DNA of 63,998 nt, filler included, from Blastocystis sp. subtype 4 (Eukaryota), in the NCBI RefSeq assembly GCF_000743755.1. It is 7 parts of 7 records of this genome, joined end to end, with 100 filler letters (N's around TTAATTAATTAA, not from the genome) between each part and the next. Parts side by side here need not be neighbours in the genome. Positions count along the whole stretch, not along the records: positions 50,991 to 59,488 come from NW_014569135.1; positions 59,589 to 63,998 come from NW_014569038.1; 5 more parts are not named here. One strand, written 5' to 3'. Shown here one piece after another: positions 55,501 through 63,998 of the stretch; within the stretch, counting starts at the first letter, position 1; every line of letters starts with the position of its first letter. The position numbers and the translations under genes are program-made. The notes beneath the pieces were generated by a model that saw only the letters and a list, made by a program, of their open reading frames with translations, was not told where the DNA came from and ran no database searches.

Positions 55501-58500
55501 CATCGTAAGTGTCTTTCCTCTGGATTCTGGGATACTCCTGATTACAGTAAGTGTCAGTGCACAGGTATCCCTGAATTGACCGGATCTATGAATCCTTTAA
55601 CCACCTTCATTCACAATTGTTCCATTGGAATGTATAACATCGAGTGTGATGCTCGTGGTCAGACTCAGTTCATCGAGAGAACATGTGCTTGTCCTGCTCA
55701 GGATGGATTAGCACAGACTCCAGCAGGTGAAAGCGACCGTCAGCAGTGTGGTATCCACTGGAAGATTGGCATCTGTACGATTGAAGGTGTGTGGAATATT
55801 ACTGATGACTGTAACTGTCCTGCAACCGATGAATTCCCTAAAATCCAGTTTGGTGAACGAGCTGATGCCTATATCCCTAAATGTTATAAGGGTTATTGTA
55901 ACGCATTGACTGGTGAAACGGAGATCGACTATTCGGACTGTGGTTGTGCTGGGATTGATGAATGGCCTACCATGAAGCATAACGATACCATATCACTGCC
56001 ATGTGAAACAGGTGGATGGAGAACGGCTCATTGTTCCATGGGTGTGTTGTCAGTAGACTATGAGGAATGTGGCTGTACTGATACGGAGAATCGGAATGTG
56101 GCTGTGGGTGACTATCAACGTTTCGATTGTATGATGGGTTTCGTATTGAAGCAGTGTCGAGGAAATAACTTCTGGTACCTGATCACTGACTCTTACTGTG
56201 GATGTGCCTCCCAAGAAGAGGATCTGAAGCCTTTCGAATTTATGTTGGCTAACACGACAAAGACGGTGGATTGTGGATCTGGCTCAATGACCATCGCATG
56301 TGATGGAACAGGTCATTTCATTAGAGAGTCCCTGGTGAATCAGTGCAAGTGTCCTGCAGAGAATCTGTGGCCTGAGACGGATGCACTGGGTGTAGCAAAT
56401 ATTCCCTGTGCCAGCAGTAGTGATCAGACACAGCGTACATGTGGTCCATATGGAGAATGGGGAATAACTACGAGAATCTGCAACTGTCAGGGAGATGGAG
56501 AATGGGAGACATCGGCTCCTGGCATTCATAGCAAGACTTGTCCTTCTGGTAGTGTGATTCAGCGTACATGCAATGATGATGGAACATGGAGCCAGGCAAC
56601 AGGTTCATGTCTGGATGACAGTTGTCCTGCTGATGGTGTGTTCCCATTGACTGCTCATCTGGGTAGCTACACCCACACTTGTGGTAATGGAGTTCAGATC
56701 ACGCGTACTTGTACAGCTGGAGTTTGGTCACGAGTGGACTGGTCTCAGTGTGGTTGTGCTAATGATGATGGTTTTGTTGGTGGAGAGTTTATGGATCCTG
56801 ATCTCTACTCATTCTTTGTCCCTCAGGCCTGTAGTGTTGGTGAGCGTTTACGTGAATGTCGGTATGGTGTGTGGCAGGAGGTAGACTATCGGAACTGTTA
56901 TTGTCCTACGATGGGTCCTTTGCCTCAGACACAAGCTTTGAAGAATGCAACACGTTCTTGTTCTTTGGGTATGATGAGTGCTGAATGCTTGAAGAATGGT
57001 ACTTGGTCCATAGTTTATGATGATTGTAAGTGTGAAACTGATCGTATCACAGTGGATGACGTTGAATTCACTAGTACTCCTCATGGTGAGTCTATTCAAA
57101 TCCCTTGTTCATCAGGATCCATGGAGCGTCGTTGTGGTGATGATGGAACATGGGAACGAGTCAATTATAACAATTGTAAGTGTGTCGCTGAGGGTTGGAC
57201 AGACGCTTTCCCTACTGAGGTGGGTCATATGAACTGTGAAGAGGGATCTGTGACTCGAATGTGTAAGCCCAATGGTCAGTGGGGTGCGATTTCGAGTGAT
57301 GGTTGTTCTTGTGCTGCCAATATGTTGTTCCCACGTACTGTTGTTGAACAAAATGCTACTCATCTCTGTGATGAAGGATATCTGATTGCTATCTGTACTC
57401 TCAAAGGGGGAGAAGTCCACAGTTATGGTTGTTCATGTGGAGCATACGATGGCTATCCTGTGACACCTTCCAATACTAGTGCTTCTATTCCTTGTGGTGC
57501 TTTGCAAGTAGGCAATAAGACACGTTTCTGTCTTGAGTCAGGTGTTTGGGAGAGTGAGGAGGATGAGTCAGGATGTCGTAATTACTGTCCTGCTTTGGAT
57601 GGATGGGAGGCTACCGAGCCAGGAACGAATGCTGAGTTGCCGTGTCCTCCTGGCTCCGATAATGGAAACATCATTCGACATTGCAACGACCTTGGTCTTT
57701 GGGACCAGGGAGTATCAACATGTGTCCCATTACGTTGTCCTGCTGACAGTGGATTCCCTATCACAAGTGTCAATGATACTGCTACGCTTCCTTGTCCTAG
57801 TGGTGAAATCGGATCTATCTCACGTCGCTGTATACTGGAGAATGAGAATGCTGTGTGGGCTCCGATTGAGAATAAATGTAGCCCAGCTCTGTGCGTATTA
57901 GCGGGCCAAAACTATACTCACAATGAACTTGTGGTTCGGGCTTGTGAAGAGGGTGAGATTGGTGAACGTGAAATGCGTTGTGACACAGGAGAATGGGTCG
58001 ATGTTCTCAATACCTGTTCACCTGTACAGTGTCCAAGTGATAACGAAAATGGTTATCCTTCTGGTGAGTATGGCGATACCTACAATGTGAATTGTGGTGT
58101 GGATTACTCAGGAATGAAGGTTATGCGATGTAATGCCTTCCAGGAGTGGGAACATATCTCTGGTACATGTGTGCCCATTACACCCACTCTGCGTTGTGAG
58201 CCTGCAGATGGAGCTACCAACATTCCTCTTTCAGCTCAAGATCAGGAGCAATATACAGTCTATTGTACAAGTAATGTGCGTGTGAAGGAGGTGGTGAATG
58301 ATGAATTGGAGCACATGAATATTCATATTGTGTTTGAGACTCCTACAACCACTCTCTCTTATCCTACTTCAGCTGTCTTAATCTCTGACTATACTGTTGC
58401 CTTCCTCTTTGAAGGTTCCTTCCCTCCTTCAAGTGAAGGAACTCTCTACATCAACAGTGGATCCTTTGTTTCCTACACTGGTATTCAGTATCCTGCTAAT

Positions 58501-59488
58501 ACTATGATCCAGTCTTTTACGACATGTGAAGGTACACCTCTATCTCCAAGTCCTATTCTGGATAGTAGCATCACGATCCAATCTGTGAACTATGTGGAAC
58601 GAACAGCTACACTGAAGTTGACACTGCCTTTCGATACCATGTTCTATGATAAGGGTGAGATCGCCTTCATTGGTAGCAATCTCCACAGTGTGATATTCAC
58701 CAGTGATACAGTGATCGTCGAAGGGGCTATTCTGAATAGTGTCATTCCAATGACCTGGCGTGTAGGTCGTTGGGACTACTGGAGTGACTTTGCTTCTTTC
58801 TCTGTCTATCGTCCTGACTGCTTCCTCCTTCTCGTCCTGTTGTATCAGGCTTCAATGCTCAACAAGTGACATGGACCTGGTCAGAAGCTGAACTCTTTGG
58901 TCATGTCTTTAAACACTATACCGTAAGTCTGGAGGCAGATGGTGAAGAGATTTTGACAGAGACTGTCTACACGAATGAGTTCCAGAAGGAGTTGGAGCCT
59001 GACAAGGTTTATTCATTACGTGTACTTGTGTGTGTGGAGTCTGACATCTGTTCAAACTTCTCCGAGCCCTCAGAAGGACATCTTGTCTCCAGTATCACCG
59101 TTAGTCCCTCTCCTCCTCGTGATCCTGAAGTCGTTCCTATTCATTCCACTTCGTTAGATGTGACATGGAAAGAACCATTGAACACTGGAGGTTCCATGAT
59201 TCTCAGCTATCATATTCGTCGTTCTTCACAGGAGGATATGCAAATGATCTATGCAGTGTATGAGACTTCAGAANNNNNNNNNTCACATCACCTGTGTATC
59301 TTGAGATTTCTGCCTTCAATGGTCATTATACCTCAGCTCCTCTTAAGTTCCATGTTGATCCTCAGCCACTTCAGGCTCATTGGACCAGTAATCAGGATGA
59401 GGATGTGCTTCTGGACAATGCTATCATTCTGAAAGGTCAGTTCACCTATCTCTCTGTTGCCACTTGCAGCGTATCAGATCCTTCACAT
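52547..59488 (+). CDS. Giant (>2000 aa) Cys-rich surface protein with tandem ~40-45 aa modules and FN3 domains; start uncertain, 3' truncated, two frame breaks
   Basis: ORF 53317..58869 plus flanking exons; repeated C..dg.WP.T......C..G...R.C...G.W.....C units; FN3 PSPPRDP...VTWKEPLNTGGSMILSY. Confidence 0.8.
54000..58170 (+). repeat. Degenerate intragenic tandem Cys/Trp protein repeats (about 30 units)
   Basis: Periodic C-x-C / WPxT / RxC / GxW pattern at the protein level; low nucleotide identity. Confidence 0.8.
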
Positions 59489-59588
59489 NNNNNNNNNNNN
59501 NNNNNNNNNNNNNNNNNNNNNNNNNNNNNNNNTTAATTAATTAANNNNNNNNNNNNNNNNNNNNNNNNNNNNNNNNNNNNNNNNNNNN
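59489..59588. other. Artificial contig linker
   Basis: N-TTAATTAATTAA-N, 100 nt. Confidence 0.97.
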
Positions 59589-59589
59589 A

Positions 59590-59628
59590 CGTGATCATGC
59601 TGTTGTGACTGGAGAGTATCGTCCTTAA
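59590..59628 (+). CDS. Fibrillarin/Nop1 extreme C-terminus (partial)
   Basis: RDHAVVTGEYRP* resembles the fibrillarin C-terminal (E)RDHAVVVGVYRP. Confidence 0.65.
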   Translation, partial: RDHAVVTGEYRP

Positions 59629-59697
59629 GAGAGTTGTGTAATGGTTTTTTTATTAGTAGTCTGTTTCTTGTTATATCCCATATAGGAGATCACTCTT

Positions 59698-61767
59698 ATG
59701 AAGACAGAACAGAATGATTTGAATGGAATCTGAATTCTTTCATGAATGTGCTTATTCTTTTTTCTCATCATTAGGAACCGTTTGCACTATGTACCGATCG
59801 TTGTCTTGTGTCTTCTTATAGCCATAGTGTATTACTTTCATCTCATAATGTTTGAATTGTAATGTCACTCTCTAATCTCTAGGTATTATTATAAAGAAAG
59901 GTGGCAGTTGCAATTATCTTCAGTCTTTCTCAGTTCTAATCGTAATGACTCTATTAATGTGTAAGCAAATAGAAATTTACAATACTACTTCTTTGGAAGC
60001 GTTATTTCAGGGAGAGAGGGATTCTGCTTTTGTCGAATTCGCTACAGTTCTTCAAACTCAATTTCCTTCACTTCCAAAAGAATCTACGAAGATCCCGATG
60101 AAAGCATCAAAATATCGAGTGCCAGTTAGAACGTTTTCTGCTGCCTCTAGACTATCCAAGTCTAGAAATATCAGGAAACCGCAACAACAGCAATCTGAAA
60201 CTAGAATCCGACAAAGAGTAAGTGTATACTCTCTTCAGTCTCTTGTATGTGTTATTTTTCTATGATCAGAAGAGATGGAAACTGAATCGAATGCAACATT
60301 ATCAAGCCCTTTGATAGTCCAAAGTCCTTTCCTTCATTTTCCACCATTGAGCAATATTCCATCATTTAATGAGAACGAATTCATTCAATGGAAGAGGGAT
60401 CAGATTCCTCCCTCTCATGCTACTCAAATCTCCTCTGTAGAGGAGTGTCGTTTGTGGTCCTACTCAAAGATAGCATCTTCCCTAATTCCTTCTTGTGACT
60501 ATTACCAGTTCACGATCACGCCTGTAGAATGGTCTGATATGAAACCGATGTCATCACTACATTCTTCTTACGAGTCATTTTCATCTCTTCCATTGATGAA
60601 TAGACAACTACAAAAGAGTGGAATGAGCTACTATGCAAACAAACACATTCGACTCATCTTCCCAGCAGTTGGTACTTTCAACGACCCTTCTCTCCTACTC
60701 TTGCTGCCAACACACGATATGTACACTGAAGATGTGCGATTTTCTGTCGAACCTCTTCGTCTAGTATTCCTTAGGAATCATCGTGTGATCAATGTCTATA
60801 AGAAACCTCTCCTAGGAATGACTCTTTCAGTGTCAAAATACCCGAATCACATCCAGACAGTAGATACACTGTCTCTCAAGACTGTGAGTTCCAAAGTCTG
60901 GATAGATGAAGTCGGAATCTTCTTCACTCGGGGATTTGCCAACATCTATCACAATATGGAAGCAATTAACTCTATTCTTCACTGGGTCACTAACTCCGTC
61001 TCACGACTTCGATGGATTGTGATCGTTCATCCGACTTCCTTGGAACCAACTTGGCCTGAGATGTATCTGAGAATAGTCCTACAGACAATTCCGAAAGAGT
61101 ATCGACCTATTCTTATTCCTTATCAGCGTCTTCAGAAACTCCGCTATATTCACATTCGTCATGTGGTAGTTAATAGATATGGATTACTGAACAATAGATC
61201 CTCTTTCCCATTAACACACATGCCGAAGCCACCTTCATGAATCCTGATGAAGTCCTTCGGGTTCGAACGGCCGCTTATAAGGCCTATCGCATCACAGGAT
61301 GTGTTGCAGCACGAAAGACAGCGGTTTTTTCAATTATCACTAGAAAACCACCATATAGACAGATTGTAAATCTTGACACTCTGTTGAGCATTTTGGTCAA
61401 ACGGCGAAAACTGAAGCTGCAATGCGAATATCTCGAGTTGCTACCGTTTGGAAGACAAGTTCGACTCTTTTCTCAAACGGACATTGTAATGGGTATGCAT
61501 GGAGCTGGCTTTTCCAATATCGTCTTTATGATGCCAAAGTCGTGTGTTGTCGAAATTTTCAATCCATTCTTTCGAAGAGACTACTATCAGAATATGGCGA
61601 AGAATTCCTTGTTATATTATGTATATATCAGTAATACAACAATTGTGAATAAGAATTATGAGAGAGATGACCGAAATCTCAATATCGAAATGGATGTTGA
61701 GTATACAGTGGATATCTTAGTTCGAGTGATTGATTTTGTACTATACAACAAATATAATATGATATAA
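59698..61767 (+). CDS. Glycosyltransferase family 61 (DUF563/EOGT-like); start uncertain
   Basis: ANIYHNME, RQIVNLD, QVRLFSQTDIVMGMHGAGFSNIVFM, VVEIF. An intron near 61167..61198 links ORFs 60275.. and 61237.. Confidence 0.8.
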
Positions 61768-61776
61768 GCTGTTTGT

Positions 61777-62622
61777 TCATTTCGACAAAGAGGCAGCATA
61801 GTGAAGAGCAGTTTTGCTCATTTTCCTTTCAATAATACAATCCATCATTCTTACGTTAGAGCACTTTTTGCAAAACGAGAAGGAAGACTAGCATAGCCAT
61901 CTGCTCTCTGGGATTCTACTTGTCAGACCGTTGGCTAATTATACTTCTTGCTGCTTTCAAATAACAATATAAATTGAATCCTGATGAAAAAAGTGAAAAA
62001 GCAGCCACCAACAACCACATTACATTGAATTTCAGAATACACACCAACGAAAGGAATAACCTTCAATTCAAAGTGATCACAAACTATACCATGCCACTGG
62101 AGTTGAATACAGGACTGTCCAAAAGAAACGAGAATCCCCTGAGGCATAACGCTCTGGATGCTACAGTGAAGAAAATACATTATTCGGTACGTCCGATACC
62201 TCATAGCGAATACCATTCACAATCTTGTCACTCGAATCGGAGCTCCACCAACGCATTCCGATTAAATATCTACCACTAAAATTCTTCGTGCAATAAAAGT
62301 CAAATGCAGAAAGTAGAAACACATAAACAAACTGAGAAGACGAATTCCTTACCACTAGACCTCCAAAGATGTATATCACGATGGCAAGAACCTGAATCCT
62401 GAGAGCAAAACAACAGAACTACCTTGAAAGCAACATGAAAGAAAGATGCAAGAGGATGATTTGTTGTCTCAATTGTACCTTCTTCTTCAACTTGTTTCGG
62501 TCTGCATATTATGATCAGAACAAATAACTACGCTGGATCAACTACTTCTACTTGAGGCATAAATGGATTAGCATCCTATTGTTCAAGCAAATCAACAATA
62601 GCAATACCGCTTTCTCTGTCAT
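61777..62622 (-). CDS. TVP23: Golgi membrane protein TVP23/FAM18 (DUF846)
   Basis: KHPLASFFHVAFK, LLSAFDFYCTKNFSGRYLIGMRWW. Confidence 0.85.
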
Positions 62623-62690
62623 CTACTTCCTTCTTGGAATCAATATGCAACTCTACTTCGCAATATTGGATTCGAAATCAACAAACAAAA

Positions 62691-63998
62691 CTACAGCTCC
62701 AAGAAAATCGTAGGACTTGAGGCATATTCATCCTCCTCGTCATCATCTTCACCCGTTATAACTAATTCAATATATTTCTGACCCTTCTTCGGTTTGAAAT
62801 GACATATATCTCTCAGCAAATCAAGAAGTGGAGTTTTCTTCTTCTTCTCCAAAGCAGCCTATACATAAAGAGATTCATCCAAACCTACTGGAACCCCATA
62901 ACCCATATACAGTAGCTTCTCACCAAAATTCACCATCGCCACATTCACTTGATACTTTTCCTGCATGAAAAGAAGGAAATCTCCTAATGTGTTCACATGA
63001 CCCCTTGGAATGATGATATGATCCCACTCACTCCATTCATGTCCTCCATACGAATACTTCTTACAAGCACCTGGTTCTGTGAAACAGAACATTGGCATTG
63101 ACAGATTTGCAAAGCACGAACGATACCTCTCAACTGTCTTCAGTCCTGCAGTTATCTTGAACAACTCTACCGCGATCGCTCCCGTGACAAATGCAGTTGT
63201 GGTGGAGATGGCAGGAACAATCTTACCTGCAATCTTCTTGATAGTAGGACGATCAGCCGTGGTAATTCCATAACTGAGGATAAGTTCTATCAACCACACT
63301 CACTTCTCAGCACGCAGATTGGCACAGGCAGCAATGAAGTCAATGTGGTGATTGGAATCATCATCCTTCTCAAACTCAGCAGGGATCGTACGAACACTTA
63401 TATTCATTCTCTCTCTCATTTCTTACTCCTTCAAGGTCTCACGAGCAGGTAATTCACTGATCATCTGAGCAATCACTTTCATGTTATCAGATGAAGTGTG
63501 GTATTCATACGGAGGGAACTGAATAGACGAACTAATCTGTCGTATAGCTTCAGAAGAGAGAGTGAAGTCGATACCAAGAGACTGAGCATGGAGAGAAGCA
63601 GCACAGAAAATGAACTGATAGTGAAGTGGATTCGATAGATCGTGAGTAATAGGATGAGGGAACAGCTTGGAACCTGACCAGAACTTGTTTCCATTCTCAT
63701 CCACACTATCCTTCTAACCAATGATACATTCCTCTCATACCCACGGGGAATTGGTGGATTATGTTGTTAATCTCTGTGAAGAAGATAGAATGGAAAAGAT
63801 GAGTGGCCCAACGTACACAATCATCAGAACACTTACAAGGACTCTCTACCAAGAGTTCGTGAAGTTGACGTACAGCCTCATCTCGAGCCATTGGACTGTT
63901 AAAAGAGTTCAAATAGTCAGGAGTATCACGATAGGAAGCCAATGTCTGAATGGCTTGAGTGAAGAGTCCTTCAAAGAGATCGCGTGACCATTGGATGG
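62691..63998 (-). CDS. UBA1: Ubiquitin-activating enzyme E1, 3' part
   Basis: DCVRWA...[61 protein letters not shown]. Confidence 0.92.

Noticed and set aside
53360..57901. Many alternative-frame and antisense ORFs over long genes (also over ISWI, ABCB, SMC6)
   Set aside because: Shadow ORFs caused by codon bias of the real CDS.

Overview
This is compact, AT-rich eukaryotic nuclear DNA, very likely from Blastocystis (an anaerobic stramenopile). The call rests on about 30-nt GT-AG introns, very short intergenic spacers and a TGTTTGTT motif at gene 3' ends. The window is seven contig pieces joined by six artificial 100-nt N/TTAATTAATTAA/N linkers, so synteny across linkers means nothing. Most genes are housekeeping: PRC1/MAP65, RPS26, ISWI, ADK, ABCB, SSU72, MMACHC, COG4, ArsB-like, RPL18A, LipA, ARP3, SMC6, SPC25, class II RNR, sphingosine/ceramide kinase, Fe-SOD, MoeB-like, FolD, RPS27, GT61, TVP23, UBA1. 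Expanded Cys-rich/Ig-like surface proteins are also present. The most notable observations are: a shortened U1 snRNA that appears to lack stem-loop III; two 40-41-nt AT-AC (U12-type) introns sharing a derived ATATCCTAT...TCCTTCAC consensus; a fixed spacing between stop codons and TGTTTGTT that predicts poly(A)-completed stops; a MORN/YwqK-like plus IFI27/ISG12 fusion gene next to a decayed virus-like SF3 primase-helicase; and a papain-like pseudo-protease. All product calls come from motif recognition by eye, with no database searches.
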